Positions 9,987 through 18,558 of a stretch of 64,000 nucleotides of DNA are shown in pieces; the first letter of the stretch is position 1; each line of letters starts with the position of its first letter. The stretch covers positions 124,001 to 188,000 of the IMG/VR virus record IMGVR_UViG_3300035212_003113. One strand, given 5' to 3'. The position numbers were made by a program, and so were the translations under genes. The notes under the pieces are model-generated. The model saw only the letters and a program-made list of their open reading frames with translations. It was not told the origin of the DNA and made no database searches.

Positions 9987-10426
9987 ATGCAACAATGGCA
10001 GCTAAGTTCAAGGCACTTGTAGACAAGCTCGAGGGCACGTCCCTACCGCATGGCGCGCTCGCCTGCAGCGATAGCCGGCGCTGGCGAGATCCTGCCGTTG
10101 ATACAGAGCTACTGCTATCAAAAGCAGAGGCCGCCGGTTCCGCTGATTTCGAGGAAGTGCTGATGCTATGTGATCGCATTCACGAACTAGAGGCCGAGCT
10201 AGACTTTTTAAACTCTTCGTATGCGCCTGATGATGATTCAAATCTAACTGCAGGCGGCATCAAGATTGCGCGAAATGCACGAGCACTGATTGCCTTGAAG
10301 ACAAAAAATGAACGGCTGGCTGGCGCGTGCAAAACTGCTATTTCAGAGATACTGCTTGCGTCGGAATTGTCTACTGAAGCAAGAAATCGAATGCTTCTCG
10401 TTATCTCTGCCGCACTATCTGACTGA
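9983..10426 (+). CDS. hypothetical protein
   Basis: ATGA-coupled ORF with coiled-coil character. Confidence 0.6.
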   Translation: MNATMAAKFKALVDKLEGTSLPHGALACSDSRRWRDPAVDTELLLSKAEAAGSADFEEVLMLCDRIHELEAELDFLNSSYAPDDDSNLTAGGIKIARNARALIALKTKNERLAGACKTAISEILLASELSTEARNRMLLVISAALSD

Positions 10427-10450
10427 ACCCGCCGTCTGCCACTTTATCCC

Positions 10451-10490
10451 GAGCCGATCCAGTATTACGATTGGATCGGCTCAGATTTTT
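10451..10490 (+). terminator. hairpin, putative intrinsic terminator upstream of lon
   Basis: gagccgatcca-N10-tggatcggctc followed by agattttt. Confidence 0.6.
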
Positions 10491-10539
10491 AATCTGTAAG
10501 ATTCTAAGACAAATGCTGCATTCCGCAGCCGGAGTATAA

Positions 10540-12960
10540 ATGACATCAAGTAGTCGTCCAGAATTCAATATGAGCGAAGTGCCCGAGCAGCTACCTCTCC
10601 TGCCACTTCGCAACAGCGTATTTTTTCCAGGGGCGGTTATGCCGCTCACAATCGGCCGCCAGAAGACCATCCGTCTTATCGAAGAGACTATGCGCGAGAA
10701 TGCGCTTATTGGCGTCGTGGCTCAGCGTTCGCCCGAGATCGACGACCCAGCCGCTACCGATATGTATCAGATCGGCACGATTGCGCGAGTGATCAAGCTT
10801 ACTCGCACGGGCAAGGAAGGTTTTTCCATCGTAGTGGAGGGCCTTGCCCGATTTAAGACTGATGAGATTACCCAGACCGATCCGTACTTCTTTGCTCGTG
10901 TAACGCCACTGCTTGACGTTGGCGCGGGCGACGCCGAGACGGCTGCGCTCGCAGCAACAGTAAAGGCGACTGCTCGTGAAATCGTCGATATGCTTCCCGA
11001 GATGCCAGTCATGGCCAAGCAGCTACTCGAGAGCATCTCTGACCCAGGCCACCTGGCAGATCTCATCACGGCGAACATGGATGCCATGATCGAGGAAAAG
11101 CAGGAAGTTCTTGAGTCACTAAACGTCAAGAACCGACTGAAAGCCGTTCTCAATCTGCTGACTCAGCAGGCTGAGGTCACTAAGCTGAGCAACAAGATCA
11201 ACTCGCAGGTAAAAGGCGAGATGAGCAAGTCGCAGCGCGATTACTACCTCCGTCAGCAGATGAAGGCAATTAAGGACGAGCTAGGTGAGCGCGAGGATGA
11301 CGAGAGCGGGCTTGACGAGCTAGAGCGTCGACTGCGTAACGCCGGTCTCTCTGAAGAGGCGGAGAAGGCCGCTAATCGTGAGCTGCGACGCCTCCGCAAC
11401 ATGCAGCCAACCCAGGCTGAGTACACTGTAGCGCGTACCTATCTCGAGTGGCTTGCCGAAATGCCATGGGTCACTGCTTCTGTAGATAATCTTGATATCA
11501 GCAATGCCCAGCGCCAACTTGACGAGGACCACTACGGCCTCGACAAGATTAAGAAGCGTATCGTCGAGTACCTCGCCGTCCGCAAGCTGAAGGCCGACAT
11601 GAAAGGCCCAATCCTTTGCTTTGTAGGCCCACCCGGTGTAGGCAAGACATCACTCGGTCGTTCAATCGCTGATAGCCTTGGCCGCAAATTTGGGCGTATT
11701 GCGCTGGGCGGTGTTCGTGATGAGGCCGAGATCCGCGGTCATCGTCGCACATACATTGGCGCTCTCCCAGGTCGCCTTATTCAGGCTATGAAGAAGGCTG
11801 GCACAACGAACCCGGTAGTTCTTCTTGACGAGATCGACAAGCTCGGTCATGACGTACGAGGAGATCCCGCTGCTGCGCTGCTTGAGGTACTTGATCCAGA
11901 GCAGAATAACAGCTTCAATGACCACTACCTTGATTTGCCATATGACCTTTCCAAGGTCCTGTTTATCGCGACGGCTAACCAGCTCGACACAATTCCTGCG
12001 CCGCTCCGTGATCGCATGGAAATCATCGAAGTCCCTGGCTATACTTTCGAGGAAAAACTAAACATTGCTAAGCAGCACCTGGTGCCAAAGCAGATGCGCG
12101 AACACGGTATCACTGATGCACACATCGAGATCCCTGATGCGACCCTGTTGAAGCTTGCTATGAGCTATACCCGCGAAGCCGGTGTACGTAATCTGGAGCG
12201 TGAGGTTGCTAGCGTTTGTCGCGGAGTTGCCGTAGATGTTGCTCGTCACGATGCCACTGCTGGTGAGTTTAACCGTGTTGTCGTAGATGTTTCCAAGCTA
12301 GATGACATCCTCGGCGCCGAGCGCTACTTCAATGAAACTGCCGAGCGCACGTCGGTCCCTGGCGTTGCGACCGGTCTTGCCTGGACGGCCGCAGGCGGCG
12401 ACCTGCTCTTCATCGAAGCAACCAAGATGGGCGGCAAGGGCTCACTGATCCTTACGGGCCAACTTGGCGATGTCATGAAGGAATCGGCTCAGGCAGCCAT
12501 GTCATGGATCCGCAGCCGTGCTGTAGACCTCGGCATTGCGACTGACCTTGAGCACCACTTCCTTGACAAGAGCGACCTGCACCTCCATTTCCCGGCTGGC
12601 GCAATTCCAAAGGATGGTCCTTCTGCCGGCGTAACGATTACTACTGCAATTGTTTCGCTGCTAACTGGCAAGAACGTACGCTCTGATACTGCGATGAGCG
12701 GCGAGATCACTCTGCGCGGCCACGTTCTACCAGTAGGCGGAATCAAGGAAAAGGTACTTGCTGCGCATCGCGGTGGTGCTCGTCGCGTAATCCTGCCCGC
12801 TCGCAACGAAAAAGATCTACGTGATATTCCAAAGAATGTACGCGAAGAGATGGAGTTCATCTTTGCGAAGACAATCGATACCGTGCTGGAGAATGCTATC
12901 GAGGGCGGCTTTCACTTTAGAATGGGTGACGGCACTACAGTGCCTCAGGCCGATGCCTGA
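10540..12960 (+). CDS. lon: Lon protease (LonA), LonD/BsgA-like
   Basis: [12 protein letters not shown]-domain, [23 protein letters not shown] catalytic Ser, GGIKEK catalytic Lys. Confidence 0.97.
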   Translation: MTSSSRPEFNMSEVPEQLPLLPLRNSVFFPGAVMPLTIGRQKTIRLIEETMRENALIGVVAQRSPEIDDPAATDMYQIGTIARVIKLTRTGKEGFSIVVEGLARFKTDEITQTDPYFFARVTPLLDVGAGDAETAALAATVKATAREIVDMLPEMPVMAKQLLESISDPGHLADLITANMDAMIEEKQEVLESLNVKNRLKAVLNLLTQQAEVTKLSNKINSQVKGEMSKSQRDYYLRQQMKAIKDELGEREDDESGLDELERRLRNAGLSEEAEKAANRELRRLRNMQPTQAEYTVARTYLEWLAEMPWVTASVDNLDISNAQRQLDEDHYGLDKIKKRIVEYLAVRKLKADMKGPILCFVGPPGVGKTSLGRSIADSLGRKFGRIALGGVRDEAEIRGHRRTYIGALPGRLIQAMKKAGTTNPVVLLDEIDKLGHDVRGDPAAALLEVLDPEQNNSFNDHYLDLPYDLSKVLFIATANQLDTIPAPLRDRMEIIEVPGYTFEEKLNIAKQHLVPKQMREHGITDAHIEIPDATLLKLAMSYTREAGVRNLEREVASVCRGVAVDVARHDATAGEFNRVVVDVSKLDDILGAERYFNETAERTSVPGVATGLAWTAAGGDLLFIEATKMGGKGSLILTGQLGDVMKESAQAAMSWIRSRAVDLGIATDLEHHFLDKSDLHLHFPAGAIPKDGPSAGVTITTAIVSLLTGKNVRSDTAMSGEITLRGHVLPVGGIKEKVLAAHRGGARRVILPARNEKDLRDIPKNVREEMEFIFAKTIDTVLENAIEGGFHFRMGDGTTVPQADA

Positions 12961-12964
12961 ATCT

Positions 12965-12992
12965 AAAAAGGGCCCGCAAGGGCCCTTTTTTT
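12965..12992 (+). terminator. intrinsic terminator
   Basis: aaaaagggccc-gcaa-gggccc plus T7. Confidence 0.9.
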
Positions 12993-13006
12993 ATTGTAAC
13001 GAGGAC

Positions 13007-13618
13007 ATGATGAAGAACGGAAGATTTATAGTTATAGAGGGGGCAGACGGCGTTGGCTCGACTACCCAGGCGAAGCTACTGGTCGAGCACCTTAATAGGG
13101 CCGGCGTACAAACCGTCTTCACAGCAGAGCCATCCGGTGGAGAGATCGGCACACTAGCTCGAAGAATGCTGCGGGGGGACTCTAAGCAAAAGCCCGAAAC
13201 GCTGGCACTGCTATTCGCTGCAGACAGGCTTCAGCACTACCACTCTGAAATTGCACCGGCACTAGAACACGGAATTACGGTAGTTTCGGACAGGTATGTG
13301 TTATCTAGCCTTGTTTACCAGTCACTAGATATTGCAACAGACTGGGTAAGGCAAATAAACAGCTTTGCACCGGCCCCCGATGCTACTGCACTAATAACAG
13401 TGCCTTTCGAGACTGCTTGGAGCAGGATCCGCAGCCGAATTGCTGCTGGCAACACCGAAGAGATTTTTGACAAGAGGGACCTGCAACAAAGGATCCATGC
13501 CCTATACGAACAACTATTATTGGACGTAAATGGTTATATGGTAGACGGCAGTGGCACACCAGAGGAAGTATTAAACCTGCTTATTAAAGCAGTTGCGCCA
13601 CATATTGCCGCTATCTGA
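13007..13618 (+). CDS. tmk: thymidylate kinase
   Basis: FIVIEGADGVGSTTQ P-loop, TAEPS, LLFAADR, SDRY, SSLVYQ. Confidence 0.93.
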   Translation: MMKNGRFIVIEGADGVGSTTQAKLLVEHLNRAGVQTVFTAEPSGGEIGTLARRMLRGDSKQKPETLALLFAADRLQHYHSEIAPALEHGITVVSDRYVLSSLVYQSLDIATDWVRQINSFAPAPDATALITVPFETAWSRIRSRIAAGNTEEIFDKRDLQQRIHALYEQLLLDVNGYMVDGSGTPEEVLNLLIKAVAPHIAAI

Positions 13619-13624
13619 GGCCAT

Positions 13625-13957
13625 ATGAGCGAGGCAGACAGGCTGTATTTCGAGGCTCTGAACGCAATAAAAGAGGCAGCTGATCAGCAGGTCGGCCCCC
13701 TGAGCAGCAATACCCGGCGCGTAGCTGCTGCCAAGGCAGACATAAGTGACGCCCTTATGGCCCACGGAGTAGACCTTATTATTCAGGCTCTGATGCTGGA
13801 CCTTCAAGAAGATATAGAGCTGCGCAAGAAGGTCGGAGTCGAGTGCCGAGTAGCAGAAAAAAAGCTAGAGATGCTATCCAAGGCGCTTTATTGTTCTATT
13901 CGAAATGCAGATAAGCCTGTGATTGAGATAGAAGAGTTTGAGGAACTTGATGAGTAA
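13625..13957 (+). CDS. hypothetical protein
   Basis: GAGG RBS; in-operon ORF. Confidence 0.6.
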   Translation: MSEADRLYFEALNAIKEAADQQVGPLSSNTRRVAAAKADISDALMAHGVDLIIQALMLDLQEDIELRKKVGVECRVAEKKLEMLSKALYCSIRNADKPVIEIEEFEELDE

Positions 13958-14375
13958 ATTTGAATTGCTGTCCAGCGATCATCCTGCCCTGCGGCAGGTG
14001 TGCAGGCCGGTGAGTTTTGATGATGATATCCTTGAGCTGCGCGAAGCGCTCTTTCGCATATGCAAAGAAAATGCCGGCATGGGTCTGGCAGCAAATCAAA
14101 TAGGCAGCAATCTACGGGCTTTCGTAATAGACAATGGCGGATTAAAACTTTATGCAAATCCTGAAATAGTAGAGGCATCAGAGCCTTTCGTTTTTGATGG
14201 AGAGGGCTGTTTGTCCTTTCCGGGCGAGGTATTATGCACCCGCCGCTACAAAAAAATTCTGCTGCGCAGCGATAGCGGTCCGGATGAAATTCTGACCGGT
14301 ATCGTTGCAGTTGCAGCCCAGCATGAGCTGGATCATTTAAATGGCATAACAATGCACGATAGGAGTAAGATATGA
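13950..14375 (+). CDS. def: peptide deformylase
   Basis: GMGLAANQIG, EGCLS, QHELDHLNG motifs. Confidence 0.95.
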   Translation: MSKFELLSSDHPALRQVCRPVSFDDDILELREALFRICKENAGMGLAANQIGSNLRAFVIDNGGLKLYANPEIVEASEPFVFDGEGCLSFPGEVLCTRRYKKILLRSDSGPDEILTGIVAVAAQHELDHLNGITMHDRSKI

Positions 14376-14638
14376 CTGCTAGAAAAATCTCACGAGACCG
14401 GGCAAAAACTGCACTTAAGAAGCTGAAGAAAGAGGGTCGACTGCCGCGCAATTATCCTCTGGCCGCCTACTACAAGCTTCATCTTCTGCAGGAGAAGGGC
14501 GAGCGCCTACTTGCCCAGACGCAGTTCGCCATGAGCCAGCGTGAAGTTGCCGGCGATTTTAGCGCTGATTCCTCGATGGAAGTTGATCTTATTGAGGCAA
14601 CAGATGACACGGTGGCTGCTGAAAGCGTCAGCGAATGA
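14372..14638 (+). CDS. hypothetical protein (basic N-terminus, acidic C-terminus)
   Basis: AGGAG RBS; ATGA overlaps at both ends. Confidence 0.6.
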   Translation: MTARKISRDRAKTALKKLKKEGRLPRNYPLAAYYKLHLLQEKGERLLAQTQFAMSQREVAGDFSADSSMEVDLIEATDDTVAAESVSE

Positions 14639-15051
14639 TGATCCGCAGGATCAATGAGGAACTAGCAGCGGGCAAACTTCTGCCCGTTGTTTTTCCATTT
14701 CCACCATCAAAAATACCAGTTGATGACGCACTAAACGTACGAGCAGATGCAGAGCATGTTCTATACAGCTCCTTAGTCTGGCTAGTAGACGAATCCGCTT
14801 GGGGCATTTTTGAGTTCGATCAAACGATACATGATGCGCTAACTGGCTACGCTTTCCGTAACGGTGGCATGCAGAAGCTAGAATGTCTTCTTAGTAGATA
14901 CCCAGATGGAAGTCTGCGTATAAATGCTGGAAGAATCTTATCTCCTGCTATTGACATTATCGGACCTGATGTTTATAATGAAATGCGTGGGCGCGCAGGA
15001 CGCCTCAAAGATCGCTACCTGAAGTTTGAAAAGTATACCTTCATGGTATAA
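14635..15051 (+). CDS. hypothetical protein
   Basis: ATGA-coupled 138-aa ORF. Confidence 0.6.
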   Translation: MMIRRINEELAAGKLLPVVFPFPPSKIPVDDALNVRADAEHVLYSSLVWLVDESAWGIFEFDQTIHDALTGYAFRNGGMQKLECLLSRYPDGSLRINAGRILSPAIDIIGPDVYNEMRGRAGRLKDRYLKFEKYTFMV

Positions 15052-15061
15052 TGGAGAAAAA

Positions 15062-16774
15062 ATGAAAGCACGTGATATTGTATTCGGCAAAGAGGCGCAG
15101 GACAAGATTACTCGCGGCCTCGAAAAGACTGCGAAAGCCGTACAGAGCACCCTCGGGCCACGCGGCCGCAACGTACTGATTCAGACGCCCTCTGGTTACC
15201 AGTTCACGAAGGATGGGATTACAGTCGCCAAGAACGTAGAGTTTAAGGATGCGTTTGAAAACATGGGCGCCCAGCTTGCTCGTGAAGCCGGCAATCGCTC
15301 GGTTCGTGCTGCAGGTGACGGTACCTCTTCTACGATCACCCTTCTCAATGCTATTGTGCAGGAAGGCAAACGTCAGATCAGCCTCGGTACCGATCCCATG
15401 AGCCTTCGCCGTGGCATTGACGCTGCGTGTACGCGTATTGTTAAGTGGGTCGAGGATCAAGCGGTACCAGTAAAGGGCATGGAAGATCTACTTCGCGTTG
15501 CCACTATCTCTGCAAACGGAGATGGCGAAATCGGCCGAATTATCGCAGATACGCTTGACAAGGTTGGTACTGATGCCACCGTCACCCTGGAAGAGGGCAA
15601 GGGAAATGTCACGAAAGTTACTCTGACAAAGGGCTTTGAGTTTGACCGTGGCATGGTCACCGAGCATTTCATGCGCGATTTTGAAAAGCAGCGCACGGTT
15701 TACGGTGACTCGGTTGACGACAGCATTCTCGCTCAGACGGACGCGCGTTTTTCAAACGCAGAAGACCCGCGCAGTGCGTATGTATGGCTCATCAACGGTC
15801 GCCTGGGCAGCCTTGCACAGGCCGAGGTCCGGGAGTCTTTCACCGCAATCCTGAATATGATTCACCAGACAAACGTTCCATTGCTTATTGTTGCTGAGGC
15901 TGTCGAGGGTGATGCCCTTAAGCTGCTTGCGCAGAATGCCATGCGCGGTATTCTTAATGTCGTAGCCGTACGAGCGCCTGGATTTGGCCAGGATCGCCGC
16001 GATCTAATGGAAGATCTTGCTACGGCCACTGGCGCAAAGGTTCGTCGTACCGATGCTGGTGACTCGCTCTTTGAGGATTTTTCTCTGGCAGAGCTCGGGA
16101 CTGCGCGCTTTGTGCAGGTTGGTCTGGACAAGACGATCATCATTCCACCTGATGAGCAGGCCGAGTCAATCGAGCGCCGTGTCTCAGAAATTGATGCAAA
16201 GATTGCCGTAACCACCGAAGATGATTTCCGCCACACTCTCACCCGCCGGCGCTCAATGCTTACGGGCGGCGTAGCGAATATCATTGTAGGCGGTCGCAGC
16301 GACGCCGAGGTGCGCGAGAAGCGCGATCTGTATGAGGATGCGCTGCTGGCTGCTCGTGCTGCTGCTCAGTCTGGCATCGTTCCTGGCGCGGGCACAATGC
16401 TCACTCGCGCCTCGGACATGCTAGCTGATTTCAGCACTGGCAACGAAGAGCAGAACGTAGGCGTTCATATTCTAAAGAAGGCCCTGCTTGTTCCATTCCA
16501 GGAGATCATCAAGAATGGCGGTGGCAGTGCAGAGGTAGTGCTTCATAATGTTCGCACGTCAACGGATCGTCATGCGGGCTATGATAGTAATCGTAACGAG
16601 TATTGCAATCTTCTAGAGCGCGGCATTATCGACCCCGCCCGTGTGATTGTAAGCGAAGTAGAGCATGCATGTAGCATGGCCGGCCTACTGCTGAGCACTG
16701 ATGTTGTCATTGGATTTGCGGATGAGCCTGATCTGATCAGAGCGCTGTCCGCAGCAAAACAGCAAAACGCTTGA
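15062..16774 (+). CDS. groEL: group I chaperonin (GroEL-like)
   Basis: TLGPRGRNV, TKDGITVAK, AGDGTSS, FDRG, APGFG, GIVPGAG, GIIDP. Confidence 0.95.
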   Translation: MKARDIVFGKEAQDKITRGLEKTAKAVQSTLGPRGRNVLIQTPSGYQFTKDGITVAKNVEFKDAFENMGAQLAREAGNRSVRAAGDGTSSTITLLNAIVQEGKRQISLGTDPMSLRRGIDAACTRIVKWVEDQAVPVKGMEDLLRVATISANGDGEIGRIIADTLDKVGTDATVTLEEGKGNVTKVTLTKGFEFDRGMVTEHFMRDFEKQRTVYGDSVDDSILAQTDARFSNAEDPRSAYVWLINGRLGSLAQAEVRESFTAILNMIHQTNVPLLIVAEAVEGDALKLLAQNAMRGILNVVAVRAPGFGQDRRDLMEDLATATGAKVRRTDAGDSLFEDFSLAELGTARFVQVGLDKTIIIPPDEQAESIERRVSEIDAKIAVTTEDDFRHTLTRRRSMLTGGVANIIVGGRSDAEVREKRDLYEDALLAARAAAQSGIVPGAGTMLTRASDMLADFSTGNEEQNVGVHILKKALLVPFQEIIKNGGGSAEVVLHNVRTSTDRHAGYDSNRNEYCNLLERGIIDPARVIVSEVEHACSMAGLLLSTDVVIGFADEPDLIRALSAAKQQNA

Positions 16775-16808
16775 AATAGGGGCCGGCAAACGGCCCTTAT
16801 TTTTTTTG
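16774..16808 (+). terminator. intrinsic terminator
   Basis: aaataggggccg-gcaaa-cggcccttatt plus T-run. Confidence 0.88.
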
Positions 16809-16815
16809 GAGAAAC

Positions 16816-17874
16816 ATGATAAACCTGGATCGTGCCGCACTTAATTCGCCATTTCCACGAGCAGAGGGCACAATATCACGTGCCATGCGACTGCATCGTC
16901 CGGCATCAAATGTACCTGGACAGGAAGCTCGATCTGCCGTAATAGAATGGCGCTCTGCTATTGCTGATCATCTGCAGCGAGATCATACCGATCTCAGTTT
17001 TTTCGGTTCTGCTACCGCTGCAGTTCGCTTTCTAGCTGACAAGTTAAAGGGCAAAGGCTTGGTCATCTATTGCTCAGAAGTGGAGCATTCGTGCTCCAGG
17101 AGCGTCGCAGATACGCTGCTGCCAGTAGACAGCGAAGGGCAGATATTCGGCAAGCTGGGCGGCGAAGACAATGTTCTGATCATCAGTGCAAAGAATAATG
17201 AGACCGGTATTCAGCCCACTGGCGAGACACGCAGGATTGTATCAGAGTTCCGGGACCGTGGAGGCATATGCGTGGTTGACGCTACAGGAGCAGACTGGCG
17301 CGATCCACTTGTGCTTGAGGCCGATTATATTTTTGCATCGGCTGGAAAGTGGAACGGACTGCCTGGAATGGGCCTGCTTGCAGGAACAAAAGGGATATGG
17401 GATAACCAGAACACAGAAGGCATGGGCGGGCTGATAGCTGGAAGCCCTAATACGATTGGTATTGCATGCCTTGCAGACGCAATGAGCTGGATTTCAAGTT
17501 CCCATGGGGACGGCCTGAAAGAAAAAGCGCGCAACTATAACGCAGCTTTTGATGAGCTGGCCGCAGAACTAGGCTGGATTAAAAATGGCTCAGGAGATTT
17601 TATAGCTAATTACTGCACAGGTATTCCGTCTGACCTATTCGTCGCTGCTGCAGGCGAACACGAGTTGGCGATAAGCGCAGGGTCTGCATGTAATTCTGGT
17701 TTTGCTACAGGCTCTCATGTCATTGCAGCTATGCACGGCGATGACCGGGCGCGATGCAGTGTACGCTTTAGCTGGGACAGGCTAACAAAAGAAACAGAGA
17801 TATCACAGGCTATCGCGATTGTAAGAAAGATCGACAATGAACTAAAGGCACTTCTGCCTAAAGGAGATAGATAA
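16816..17874 (+). CDS. divergent IscS/NifS-like PLP-dependent cysteine desulfurase
   Basis: EHS, NNETG, VDA, SAGK (PLP Lys), SAGSACNSG (catalytic Cys), SHVIAAM, SVRFS. Confidence 0.82.
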   Translation: MINLDRAALNSPFPRAEGTISRAMRLHRPASNVPGQEARSAVIEWRSAIADHLQRDHTDLSFFGSATAAVRFLADKLKGKGLVIYCSEVEHSCSRSVADTLLPVDSEGQIFGKLGGEDNVLIISAKNNETGIQPTGETRRIVSEFRDRGGICVVDATGADWRDPLVLEADYIFASAGKWNGLPGMGLLAGTKGIWDNQNTEGMGGLIAGSPNTIGIACLADAMSWISSSHGDGLKEKARNYNAAFDELAAELGWIKNGSGDFIANYCTGIPSDLFVAAAGEHELAISAGSACNSGFATGSHVIAAMHGDDRARCSVRFSWDRLTKETEISQAIAIVRKIDNELKALLPKGDR

Positions 17875-18464
17875 TGTCAAAGTCAAAGAAGAATGAAGCC
17901 GCTACAGAAGTCAGTGCTGCGCCAGTTGCTGCCGTAGAGGATACCCGTTTTGCCGATCTTGCTGCGCTGCTCGAGGCGCTAGATACGCGAGTCTCTGCCC
18001 TGGAGACTGGCCTTGCTAAGTTTGGCTCGGCTGCAGCGGCGCCTACGGATGCTGACCGCACCGAACCAAAGCGCAAGTCTGCTAAGATTGCTGCAGAGGC
18101 CCGAGGCGGTGCTACGACTGATGGCAGCTTTAATCCGGCCGTTGGCGGCGCCGCTCTTGCCCCAGATGTACTTGCCAAGTACGCCGAGCTGCAGGAGAAG
18201 CGTCAGCGTGATGCCGCTGCTCGTGCCGACTCACGCGTTCGCAAGGTAGTCGAGCCAGGTCGTCTGGAGCAGCTTGCTCGTGAGTTCGAAGGAGCCAACG
18301 TCACCTCGGCTCGCATGCGCCTGCAGGATCTGCAGACCAAAGGCACGATCTCTGACTTCCGAGTACTGCCACCAGGCTCAGCCATGCCGGCCGATACCAA
18401 TCCTGCTCGCATCCTGTTGACGACCGATGCACATGGTTTTATCATCAGTGCCGACGTAGGTTGA
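17874..18464 (+). CDS. protein with C-terminal I78/potato-inhibitor-like domain
   Basis: FRVLPPGSAMPADTNPARILLTTDAHGFIISADVG resembles the I78 consensus; Ala-rich N-terminus. Confidence 0.6.
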   Translation: MSKSKKNEAATEVSAAPVAAVEDTRFADLAALLEALDTRVSALETGLAKFGSAAAAPTDADRTEPKRKSAKIAAEARGGATTDGSFNPAVGGAALAPDVLAKYAELQEKRQRDAAARADSRVRKVVEPGRLEQLAREFEGANVTSARMRLQDLQTKGTISDFRVLPPGSAMPADTNPARILLTTDAHGFIISADVG

Positions 18465-18478
18465 TAAAAAAGAAGTAG

Positions 18479-18516
18479 AATGAGAAAGGCGGGCGTTTTG
18501 CCCGCCTTTCTCATTT
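18479..18516. terminator. long-stem terminator between convergent transcription units
   Basis: aatgagaaaggcgggc-gtttt-gcccgcctttctcatt (16-bp stem). Confidence 0.88.
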
Positions 18517-18558
18517 CCTGAAACCCGGCCTAGGACTGGTAACAAGAAGCGCTAGCCC

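Noticed and set aside
10451-10482. CIRCE/HrcA operator before lon
   Set aside because: Inverted repeat does not match TTAGCACTC-N9-GAGTGCTAA; better explained as a terminator
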